DNA of 64,000 nucleotides from a virus: the IMG/VR virus record IMGVR_UViG_3300045988_175974. One strand, 5' to 3'. The notes beneath the pieces were generated by a model. The model was not told the origin of the DNA. It saw only the letters and a list, made by a program, of their open reading frames with translations, and did no database searches. Both the position numbers and the translations under genes were made by a program. This document shows, one piece after another, positions 16,819 to 26,300 of the stretch. Numbering within the stretch: position 1 is the first letter of the stretch; each line of letters begins with the position of its first letter.

Positions 16819-17307
16819 TTAAGAAATCGTTATCGGAATAAACTCCGACATCGCCTGACAGATAGCCGTAATACTACGGGTCTCAGCATCGTTCTGACTG
16901 GTTACGGAATCGGTGATACCGAAGGTGCCAGGCAGCGTATGGCACAGATAAAGCGAGTCATCCTGCTTGCGCAAGACTATATAATAGTCCTTTCCGTGCA
17001 TATTCTTGATGATTTCGGGTATATTCCCCTTTCCGTCACGGATATTGGCGGTAATCTCGAACTTGAAGACGGTACCGTTGCCACCTTCCTGGGAAGTCTG
17101 CTTGGCGGTGATGGCATCTGCCACCACGTAATTATCGCCTTCGCTGGTGGCAATATGGAGTGCTTCGCCGGCAAACCTGCAGCCATTCATCTGCAACACC
17201 CGCTGCACAATGAACGGGATAGGAAGGGAACTTTCCCTTGCAGCATAAAAATAAGCATCGGTTACTCCATCAAGAAATAACTCTCTGCAACTATTTGCTT
17301 TTTTCAT
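16819..17307 (-). CDS. hypothetical protein
   Basis: 162-aa ORF. Confidence 0.5.
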   Translation of the reverse strand: MKKANSCRELFLDGVTDAYFYAARESSLPIPFIVQRVLQMNGCRFAGEALHIATSEGDNYVVADAITAKQTSQEGGNGTVFKFEITANIRDGKGNIPEIIKNMHGKDYYIVLRKQDDSLYLCHTLPGTFGITDSVTSQNDAETRSITAICQAMSEFIPITIS

Positions 17308-17381
17308 ATCTTTTCCTTGATTTATCTATTATTTAACGTTTATTATATTATGAATTAACACCTATTATATAAGGTGTAAAA

Positions 17382-18113
17382 TCATAGCCACTGCACTTCA
17401 TCGATGCGATTGGGCTTATCACGGCTATCTTTATACTGCATATCCACACAGGAATAGCTCTTGAAGAAGCAGTGCTCCGTGCGGAACCATCTGCCGATGA
17501 TGCGGCGCAATACGTCTTTCTCTTCCTCGCTGGCTTCTATACCATATCGCATTAAGTACCGCTCCAGCATGGCATTATGGGAGCGGGCGATAACCCTGCC
17601 TTTGGACGTACAAAAGTCGAAGGTGGATAGCGACCATTCTACGAGGCTGCGCTTGAAATCGTTGTTGAGTGAGACCGCCAGCGCACGCATTCCGTTCATA
17701 TCGAGTGTAAAGGTAGGCTTTACGGAATAAACGGTATCGACAATCTCTACTTCGCTGGGTAAGCGGATGCAGAGGTAATCATCATTGGCTCCCTTGCCGT
17801 CGGTCAGGCGACCGTTGAGCTGCTGAACCTCTCGGAAGGTGAGCCAGCTTCCGGCATCACGGCGCATCATCACCTTGCCTCCGGCAGGGTGCCTGCCCGT
17901 GAGCATATTGCACCATTGCTGCTGGGAGAAACAGCCGAGGTCGATACGGCTGCTGCGGGCTGGGGCATTGATGAGGGAGTTGCGCATGATGAAGTGCTCG
18001 TGCGAGTAGTTACTGAACACTACCGGCTCATCCTTTGCCAGGGTGAGCTTGGGATCGCGGTGCCGGAAGAACTGGCAGCGGGAGGTGGGGAGACGGAGAT
18101 AGATATTTGGCAT
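17382..18113 (-). CDS. hypothetical protein
   Basis: 243-aa ORF. Confidence 0.55.
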   Translation of the reverse strand: MPNIYLRLPTSRCQFFRHRDPKLTLAKDEPVVFSNYSHEHFIMRNSLINAPARSSRIDLGCFSQQQWCNMLTGRHPAGGKVMMRRDAGSWLTFREVQQLNGRLTDGKGANDDYLCIRLPSEVEIVDTVYSVKPTFTLDMNGMRALAVSLNNDFKRSLVEWSLSTFDFCTSKGRVIARSHNAMLERYLMRYGIEASEEEKDVLRRIIGRWFRTEHCFFKSYSCVDMQYKDSRDKPNRIDEVQWL

Positions 18114-18119
18114 TTTTTA

Positions 18120-19094
18120 CTATTTTAGAGCGATGCCTTTCTGCTGGGCATAGTAGAGCATGATGGCATCGGTGATGTAGAGAAAGTATTTCTGCATGCT
18201 GTTGCCTTCCTTCGGGCGTGGTACCAGCTTGTCGAGCTTGGCAGTCTGCTCCTCGCTGAGATTAGGGATGAGCTTCATACCGTCGATATAGCAGCCACCT
18301 GATTCCGTCTTGGCGATGAAGCTCTCATTGAACTTCTTGTCTTCTCCGAAGAAGAGGTTGATGGCTTCTATCATCTGATCCTGGGTGAAGCCAGGGAGTT
18401 GAGGGTGCAGCTTACGATGCTTGGCCGAATAGGTCTTCATACGCTTATCCACATAGGCATTGATGCTATCGGCATACTCGCAGTAGAGGTCATTATCCTT
18501 ACTGTCGATGTCCTTGGTTCTTGCGAAATTGAAGAACCCCTGCATCTGCTTCAATACCTGCAGAACTCCGTCAAACTGGTTGAACTCGACACTGCCATTA
18601 AAGATGATTTTCATATATGACTTCACATCTACCACGATACTCTCCAGGGTATCTGTGAGGAAAGTAACCTTATCGAGATTAAGGGCTAGTTGGTCAACTG
18701 TCTCCTGCATGCCAGGCTTGCTGTAATCTACGTAATAGCGGAGCAACTGACCGAAGTTGAGGAAATCGTAGCTTTCATCACTTCGCACATTTACCTGCAC
18801 GAGCAGGGAGTACATATTCATTGCCAGCTTCTTATCCTTCTCCTGGATGGCACGGATGAGCGAAGCCATCTGAGGTGAGTTCTGCGGAACGCGGCTGGCT
18901 GCACGGACCAGTTCGTTGCGGTTGCGCACGGCTTCTGCGAAATCAGGATTGGAGAAAAGACGGTCCAGGGCAGAGGCATATTTCTCTGACGGAACATCCT
19001 TGAAGTTGAAAGTATAGATGGTCGGCAGATTTCTGATCTGCTGCTCACGCTGGGCCAATGCCTGCTGCTGTTGTTTTTTGTTTTTTGTTCCCAT
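18120..19094 (-). CDS. hypothetical protein
   Basis: 324-aa ORF. Confidence 0.55.
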   Translation of the reverse strand: MGTKNKKQQQQALAQREQQIRNLPTIYTFNFKDVPSEKYASALDRLFSNPDFAEAVRNRNELVRAASRVPQNSPQMASLIRAIQEKDKKLAMNMYSLLVQVNVRSDESYDFLNFGQLLRYYVDYSKPGMQETVDQLALNLDKVTFLTDTLESIVVDVKSYMKIIFNGSVEFNQFDGVLQVLKQMQGFFNFARTKDIDSKDNDLYCEYADSINAYVDKRMKTYSAKHRKLHPQLPGFTQDQMIEAINLFFGEDKKFNESFIAKTESGGCYIDGMKLIPNLSEEQTAKLDKLVPRPKEGNSMQKYFLYITDAIMLYYAQQKGIALK

Positions 19095-19145
19095 TGCGTT
19101 TTATTGCTTTTTTACTCTATTAATCATAATCTCCCTTAACGGAGA

Positions 19146-19352
19146 TTATTTACTGCTATAATTCTGAAAGCCTTTCAGCCATGATACGGGTGCGGGATTG
19201 ATGCACGGGAAAGACGTGTTCACGTTATAGAGCATAGCGTGAAACTCGTCTATCTCTTCGGCTGTAAAAGGGCAATCTTTATGAATGCGACGTGGCATAG
19301 ACTGATTGCTTACTTTTTTATTTGTTATTAAATGCCTCCATTCTTTCATCAA
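19146..19352 (-). CDS. small hypothetical protein
   Basis: 68-aa ORF overlapping the 3' end of the ThyX-like gene. Confidence 0.35.
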   Translation of the reverse strand: MMKEWRHLITNKKVSNQSMPRRIHKDCPFTAEEIDEFHAMLYNVNTSFPCINPAPVSWLKGFQNYSSK

Positions 19353-20205
19353 TGATGCGGTTGATCTCGAAGGCTACCTCTTTGGCATTAGGATGCGCCT
19401 TGCCGGTGGTTTCTCTGAAGCGGAGGTCGAGGATATGCTGCCACTCGGTGATGGTGTAGGTGTAAGCTACTACCGTATAGGTATCAAGAGGAAGAATGCC
19501 TCTTGCATCCTGTGGCTTCATGCCCGATTTCAGCAATCGACGATAGAGCCAGTCGGCAATCTTGCAGCCGGTGAGATAGAGGAACTTCTGCCAGCGGGTG
19601 CCCTCGTGCAACCAGTGCGGACGGGCAATCTGCACGCCACCTTTCTTCTCAAGGTTCACATAGCGAGTGCTCTGCTCACTGATGCTGTTAGGCGATGTGC
19701 GGTTCAACTCACGGCTGGTGCTGATCTGCGTAGTCACCACCAGCGTCATTCGGAGGAGATTGAGTGCTTCCTTGAAATCATATTTCAGCGCCTTCTCAAT
19801 AAACTCGGCTTCCTTCACATTGAATGGGGATAGCATTTCGAATATATTGCCGTGCTCGCAAAGGAACTGCATGTTACTGCTGATCCATACCTTCTTTTCC
19901 TGCACTGCATAACTGATGTAAGGCGATGCAACGAGGAAAGACCAGAGGTGTTTTGGCAGCCTACTATCGTTCTTCACGAAGAAGTAAAGGGTGCCATGTC
20001 GGTACATGGAGCGGTGACCGCTCTCCCAGAATCGGTTGGCCAACTGCACTGCCTGTTTCTCCAGAAAATCTTCTTTCTTGTCTTCAGGAAGATTCTCGTC
20101 AGGCTGCTTACCTTTGCTCTTGTAGCAAACTCTGCCTACTCGAGCAATCTGTTGAGCGGCGGTCTTCTGAGGCCACCACTCAACACCAGGAATTATCATT
20201 TTCAT
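19318..20205 (-). CDS. thyX: ThyX-like flavin-dependent thymidylate synthase homologue (signature motif degenerate)
   Basis: SGHRSMYRHGTLYFFV, ELNRTSPNSISEQSTRY and DARGILPLDTYT align by eye with ThyX blocks GHETPFEH..FTF, RHRxxSxxxxSxRY and ARxxLP. Confidence 0.55.
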   Translation of the reverse strand: MKMIIPGVEWWPQKTAAQQIARVGRVCYKSKGKQPDENLPEDKKEDFLEKQAVQLANRFWESGHRSMYRHGTLYFFVKNDSRLPKHLWSFLVASPYISYAVQEKKVWISSNMQFLCEHGNIFEMLSPFNVKEAEFIEKALKYDFKEALNLLRMTLVVTTQISTSRELNRTSPNSISEQSTRYVNLEKKGGVQIARPHWLHEGTRWQKFLYLTGCKIADWLYRRLLKSGMKPQDARGILPLDTYTVVAYTYTITEWQHILDLRFRETTGKAHPNAKEVAFEINRIIDERMEAFNNK

Positions 20206-20252
20206 ATTGTTTCTTTATTTGATGTTTAAAAAACAAAAACAGATAGTTTCTT

Positions 20253-20864
20253 TTAATAGAAGGCGCTAAGAACGCGGATCATGTTTTCTGCTGCCACCCC
20301 TCCTTTTTTAAGTTTCTCTTCCGCCTCTGCTGCCAACTTCTTCGATGGTTCGCCGTTGGAAGGTTGGATGCACCTTACTACATTCAGCGTAGTAGTCAGC
20401 AAGCGATAGAGTGATGAATTATTGCTGATAACGTAATCGAAGGAGTTAATATCCAGCGATACACGATATTCGTCACGGTTGGTTCTTTCAGGAGCGATGC
20501 CGCGAGCCTTCAGCGTTTCAGGCTTGGCTGCCACATAAATACTCATCAGTTCAATATCCGGAAAATGCTCACAGATGCCCAGGAATCCTTTTTCATCAAT
20601 CACGTAGATGGCGGTATCTTCCACCTGGGCGAGTTCCGTCCAATATTCGTAGCCACCATATTCGGTGTAGGCAAGCATATCCTCCTTTGGAGTCTTACAC
20701 TCCTTCACGAAAAAATGCTCCCTACCATTTACCTCATCATCTCTCATGGGACGGGTGGTGAAGGAACAAAGCAACGGGATATTCAGGGCGATGGAAAGGA
20801 TATTTGCCACCGTATCTTTTCCTGCTCCAGATGGACCCATAATTGCAATAATCTTTTGTTTCAT
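20253..20864 (-). CDS. guanylate-kinase-like nucleotide kinase
   Basis: P-loop GPSGAGKDT, plus SFTTRPMRDDEVNGREHFFV and YGGYEYWT, which match guanylate kinase blocks. Confidence 0.7.
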   Translation of the reverse strand: MKQKIIAIMGPSGAGKDTVANILSIALNIPLLCSFTTRPMRDDEVNGREHFFVKECKTPKEDMLAYTEYGGYEYWTELAQVEDTAIYVIDEKGFLGICEHFPDIELMSIYVAAKPETLKARGIAPERTNRDEYRVSLDINSFDYVISNNSSLYRLLTTTLNVVRCIQPSNGEPSKKLAAEAEEKLKKGGVAAENMIRVLSAFY

Positions 20865-20929
20865 ATCTTTTATTTTGTAATATTATTTATATAATATATA
20901 AGGAATAGGTAAAGGACACTGGGGGGACT

Positions 20930-20984
20930 CGGGAGAATCTTTGGAGAATTTGCGAGGAATCTCCGAAGAACCTCCGAAGAATTT
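20930..20984. repeat. five phased 11-bp imperfect tandem repeats (nnGRAGAAYYT)
   Basis: cgggagaatct ttggagaattt gcgaggaatct ccgaagaacct ccgaagaattt. Confidence 0.85.
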
Positions 20985-21085
20985 CCAAAGTGTCTAACTA
21001 TTGATTATCAGCCACTTACGAAACTCCATTTTTCTAAAACTTTCACTACTCAAACGAAGCTTTTGTGTTCCTTTGTAATTTTATT

Positions 21086-21369
21086 TCATCCTCTCAAAAC
21101 CTTGTTTCCCGTAGGGTAAAACGTGAGGTTTATCAGGCGTTCCAGCGAAGGGTACTGCCGATTTACTCTATCTCTGAAATCGCTCATATTGCCCATATCT
21201 ACCGTATATTTTCCCAATGCCATATCGAAGTTCATCGGGAACGTCATAGTAATCTGACGGAGGAATTTACCCCCCCCCCAATCATTACATCGAATATTAC
21301 TTTCATCCATCGCTGACCTTTCTGGTCGAGCCATGACCCCTTCGGGATTTTTACATTTCTCTTTGCCAT
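21086..21369 (-). CDS. small ORF split by a G10 (plus-strand C10) homopolymer tract at 21270-21279
   Basis: Frame A is 21086..21334 (82 aa). Frame B is ATG 21369 to TGA 21244 (MAKRNVKIPKGSWLDQKGQRWMKVIFDVMIGGG...). One extra G would fuse the frame B N-terminus to the frame A C-terminus. Confidence 0.4.
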
Positions 21370-21402
21370 AATTTTTAATCTTTATTGTATTAAAAAGCTT
21401 TT

Positions 21403-22530
21403 CTATGTATTCTGATATATCTCTTTCCAGTCTTCCTTGGTGAGGATGATACCCGAACGCTTGCAGTAGTCGAAGAAAGTTGCCTCAGAAATTTTATTGT
21501 AATTGGCAAACTGATTCCATCGCTTGCGAAAATCCATCTCATTGTGGCCGCAGGTGGAATCAGCAGGACGGAAGCGGGAAACTCTGCGCCATAGGTCGTA
21601 GCCCGCTACTCTATCCACGTGATAGAGCGACATGCCGCATTTAACCCAACCCAGATAACCGCTATTAGCATCCTTTCCGGCACAAATATCTATGCCTTGA
21701 GCCTCAATTTTCTCCACCAATCGCAGAGCTTTGCGGTAGATGATTTCCGGCGTATCTCGTCTATAGGCACCCTGTCCGTTATGCGGATAGTTGCCGCTGA
21801 AGCCAGCACCGGTCGGATGACTGCCACTGAAATAGGTGTTGGTATAGTTCATCACGGGCATCGGTGTAGGTACGTTAACGGGCAGCCTAGTGTAAAGTAC
21901 CGCACGTTCATTAATATATATATGCTGTGGATCATCCCATGAAGCGAAGCGCACACGGCCGATATTTCCACAAGAACCATCGAGCATAATGCCCAGGGAA
22001 GAATACTCCTGAAGTAATGCCTTGAACTGCTCTTTGTGACGTTCGGGGTAAGCCAGACGGACCAAACCAAACAGTCCTGTTCCGGAGCAGGAACGCATCA
22101 GCAGGGCTACCTCAGGGCGAAATGCCAATACTCTGCGGATATTCTCGAAATCGGCAATACCCTCGTTGTCCTGAAGGTCAATATCTATCGCCAGCCATCC
22201 GGTATGCTTCTGCAGATGACTTTCTCTTCGGGAAACCATCACCCGTTGACCTGGATGGGTAAGGCTATCGTCCTCGTAGGTAGCGAAGAGACCACTCAGC
22301 GTGGCACCAGGAAGCATCTTCTTGGTATCTACGTATTCCGGCATCTTCTTAGCTGCACTGCCATACTGTTGCCGCATGGCTCTCAGCTTCTCTACATACG
22401 GCTTCCACCTATCCGTAAGACAGAACTCACGGATAGACATCTGCGTGATGCACTCGCCCGTCTCCATATCGACGTATCTTCCGAGTGCATCTTTCGCATC
22501 CCGATAGATGGAACATATCTCATCAAACAT
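21403..22530 (-). CDS. AEP-type primase-polymerase-like protein (VirE N-terminal / BT4734-like domain)
   Basis: WLAIDIDLQD (DxD) and SCSGTGLFGLV resemble archaeo-eukaryotic primase motifs. Recognised from memory only. Confidence 0.45.
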   Translation of the reverse strand: MFDEICSIYRDAKDALGRYVDMETGECITQMSIREFCLTDRWKPYVEKLRAMRQQYGSAAKKMPEYVDTKKMLPGATLSGLFATYEDDSLTHPGQRVMVSRRESHLQKHTGWLAIDIDLQDNEGIADFENIRRVLAFRPEVALLMRSCSGTGLFGLVRLAYPERHKEQFKALLQEYSSLGIMLDGSCGNIGRVRFASWDDPQHIYINERAVLYTRLPVNVPTPMPVMNYTNTYFSGSHPTGAGFSGNYPHNGQGAYRRDTPEIIYRKALRLVEKIEAQGIDICAGKDANSGYLGWVKCGMSLYHVDRVAGYDLWRRVSRFRPADSTCGHNEMDFRKRWNQFANYNKISEATFFDYCKRSGIILTKEDWKEIYQNT

Positions 22531-22564
22531 ACCTTACATATATTATATTATATAAAATCTGCTG

Positions 22565-22572
22565 CAAAGATA
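22565..22572 (-). promoter_or_regulatory. -7 box TATCTTTG upstream of 21403..22530
   Basis: Matches TAnnTTTG; 35 nt upstream of ATG 22530. Confidence 0.45.
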
Positions 22573-22659
22573 CAAAAATAAATCGAAAATAGTATAGGTA
22601 AGCTATATAATATTTGAAATAAGTTATATTTTTAACATTTAATATAGGTTTGAGAGGAA

Positions 22660-22691
22660 GAACCAGCGATGGAATTGCTGGGGACGGGGGC
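22660..22691 (+). repeat. hairpin repeat copy 5
   Basis: gaaccagcgatggaattgctggggacgggggc. The stem has one G:T on the plus strand. Confidence 0.9.
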
Positions 22692-23261
22692 ACAGAGGGT
22701 GTTTTTCAAAAATGGACCAGTTTTTGACCATTTCCTTCAAAAAGTTCAAAAACGCATCAAAAAGTCCAAAAATCTAAGGGTAAACAGAAAAATGGGTTGG
22801 ACCATGTTTTGTTAACAAATATAAATTGACCATGCACAGACCTGTTATAGTCCGTTAAAAGGTGATTTTCTATTTTTGCCTAACTTCTGCTGAATCAGTC
22901 GATTTGCTACATTTAGATCAAAAATTTATTGATTTTCTTCTACTCTATACGTAAGAAATGGTGAAAAAAAAATATTAGAAAAGAGATTTATACGCATTTT
23001 TCGCTATTTTTGGGGGATTTCGCTGCACAGTTGCCTTTCCCTATCCCAATCTAAGTACTTATCAGTCCGATGTTTACGGCAAAGCCGTTGATGCTACCAA
23101 CTTCTCATTCGGGTTAAAGGGTTTTTACTTTTTAGGGGAATAAAAAATACACGAAAAATTTGTAGGGTAGTAGTGAAAACGGAGTAGTTTTTGAACTTTT
23201 TGCCCTAATTCACCCCTAAAAGTTCAAAAAATCAGGGAATTAGAGAGAAAAACACCTCAGA

Positions 23262-23307
23262 CCGAAAAATACGCAAAAAGGCTGCCTCGCTTCACAGCGA
23301 AACAGCC
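23262..23307 (-). terminator. intrinsic terminator after tape-measure gene
   Basis: Two-tier hairpin GGCTG..TCGCT tcac AGCGA..CAGCC (23280-23307), followed on the minus strand by CTTTTTGCGTATTTTT. Confidence 0.65.
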
Positions 23308-23368
23308 TCAATAAACAAATAGCTAATTAAACTAAAAACTAATAACTAATAATCAACAAAACCTTCTT

Positions 23369-26300
23369 CTATTTATTCTTCATAAACTGATTAGCCTTAT
23401 TCAGGCTATCATACAGCTCGCCACGACCAAACATATTAATCTTGGCGCTGATAGGCTCATTCAGGCGCTGAATGAGCGCATTCACGGCTTGCAGGAGCGC
23501 CGCATTGCTTGCAGCGCTTGCAGCAAGCAATCCGTCTGCCGCTGACGCGCCAGGCAAAAGATTACCATTGCCTGCTTGCGTGCCTGCTGCAAGAACATCA
23601 CCCACATTGCCATTGTCAAATGCCCTTCTTGCTGAGTTTCTTCCTGAATAGTTGCGGTCGTAGTTCACCAGTGCTTTCAGCAAGCCTGGATTGTTCATCA
23701 TCATCGCATGGGTAGTTTCCCTACCAATGACGATTTCCGGTCCTCTCTCGGCTATGAGAGACGGCTGCCCGTTCACGGTAGTGGCGGTTGGAGACGTGAG
23801 CATCTTCACGCCCTGCATCTGCTTGCCGTCATCCTCCTTCGCCCAATACACTTCGCCATTATCAGCCATGAACGGTTTTTTACCCATTTCCTTATCATTA
23901 TCATCAGCCATCCAGTACAATTCGCCATTGTCATCTACAAATGGCTTCAAGTCTTGAACGTTTCCGGAATCGTAGGTAAGCATACCAGTTACAAGCTTGG
24001 TATTGGTATTACTCTTCTTCTTGCCGCCGCTGAATGCAGAATTGAGTGCCCACTGGAGTAAGCCCATCAAAGTAGCCATTACACCCGCGGCTGCGATAGG
24101 ACCAGCGATAGGACCTAGGAAATCAAAACACTTGCCGATGGCACCAGCGATAGAGAAGGTCATTCCTGCTCGCGTGCGGTCAGCATCCGACTCGATAACA
24201 GCTTCGTTATTGGCTTGCGTTTTCGCAAGGTTGGTAGTGAGCGCCGTTTCCGTCATAGCCACACCTGTATTCAAAGCTATCTTTGTACCCTCGGTCTGCT
24301 CCTTGTTTCCGGCATCAGTTACGTCTGTGATGTTCTTGACACCCTGCGTGGTAACCTTCTCACGATCCTTATTGCCCTTCTTTACCTCCTTACTCAGCTC
24401 CTTCTGGTGTTTCTTCTCCTTCTTCAACTGCTCGGCTTTTTCTTTGTCTTCCTTAGATTTGCCGCCGCCAGTCTTGAACTCGGTATTCATCACGCCACCA
24501 ATGAAAGAACCGCCGATATCGGCTGCGACATCGGACCAGGAACCGCCACCTGCGATAGCATCGGCTGCTGCCGCACCAGTTTGCGTTGCGGCATCCTGGT
24601 AGAACGCATTGGCATTGTCTCGATTGCGATGTGCCCACGCATGAGGAGCACCGTTTTGCTGCTCTTGTGTACCCTGCTGCTTGGAATCGGTAGGCGCATA
24701 AGGCACGACGGGAGCGTTATCAAGCGCAGCAGGAGATTTACCAGGCATGATAGGCGAGCCGTCAGGATTCCAACCGATAGGCTGCTGCCGTGAACTCATA
24801 TTCTCGAAACTAGACTGCGGCTGCTGAGTAAGATAAGATGCGCCCTCATCCACCAGTCGCACATACATCGGGTTAGCCTTCGTGCCGAGATGAGAGAAGT
24901 CTTCCTTCACGGCATTGGCATTAGCATTGGCTCTTGCTGCATCAATACCAGGCTGGGCTTTCTTCTTGGCTCGCTTGGCACCAGCATCGTTGATAGCCTT
25001 CCACATCTGCGTATTCACATCATTGAGCGCCATATTACCCCACGATTCGAGCATAGACTTCAGAGCGTTCTTGATGCTCTCTTGTGCGCTGCTTACATCG
25101 TTGCGCATTTCAGCAAATGCCTTGCCTACCTCTGCACCGAAGGTTTCGATAGGCTGCACAAGCTGCTGCATCTGAGAGAGGCGGTTCTTCATCGCCGTTG
25201 CCATTTGGTTGACATAGGCAAGTTCTGCCTCCTGCCGAGCCTTGTCAGCTTCATCGAGGAGCTGCTTGTTTTTTGAGTTCTTGAATACAAAGGCATAGTA
25301 ATCTTCTGCCATCTGCATCTTCATCTTCATCAGCTCCACCTCTGGGTCGGCGGTAAGATCACCAAGGCCGAGGTTCGACCACATATTGGTTCGCTTGCCG
25401 AAGAGCGCACTTTCCTGCTGCATCTTGCGAAGAGTTTCCTGGTTGGCGAGGTTGCGCTGGTTACGTTTCCACCAGAAATCAGAAATCTTCTTTGCTTCAT
25501 CGTAATGTTTCTTTTCGGCTTCTGTATATTCGTCTGAATACTGTATCAGTTTCCGATAGAACAGTTTGACATTCTCTTCCGTATCATTCAAAAGCGCAAG
25601 AAAGACAGAAGGTGTATTTTCGTAATTCTCGCCAAAGAGGAATTTCAACAAGTTATCTTTCTTTCCTTCAGTAGCAAAAAGATCAGCCATCTGCGTTCTT
25701 GCCTTTTCAAGAACCTTGATGACATCGTTCTTATCCTTCTGAAGTGAATCGAGAGATACATCTGCAAAGCGAGATTTTATCAAACCGAGAAAAGAGTTTT
25801 CCTGCACCACTTTGGTGTAATCATGCTCCAGCAACTCTTTGCGACGCTGCTCCATGCGTTCCTGTATGATATTGGCGTTACTGTTTTCGCCCTTTGACGC
25901 ATCGAGCCACTGACGATCGAGATATGCCCTATCCCGCTCATCGGATTTATAGCCAACAACCTTACCTTTCTTGATTTTAGGCAGTTGCTTTAAAAGGTCA
26001 GCACGGAGCTTTGACACATCGTAAGCATTAATCTGCTCCAGCAAGGTACGAGACTGAGACTGGCCAAACTCATCATCCTTCTCCTTGCGGTCTTTATCCA
26101 TTGTCTTTTTGAAATCATCCCAGGTTTTCTTACCGAGGACAATAGATTGCTTTGCCGCAGCGAGAGCCGATTTCAGCTTTATATCCAAGTCATTAACAAC
26201 CTGCTTCTGTATCTCCTTTTCTACATTATCCTTTGTCATTTCCTCTACCATTGCCGTCTTCTGGCGTTCGTAGAAGTTCTTGATTTTGGTTATGAACTCG

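Noticed and set aside
24099-24157. Two partial matches to the hairpin motif inside the tape-measure gene (ggaccagcgatagga at 24099 and accagcgatagagaa at 24143).
   Set aside because: Only the first arm is present, with no ATCGCTGG partner, so no hairpin forms. They encode GPIAG / SIAG in a Gly/Ala-rich segment and are most simply chance or compositional matches.
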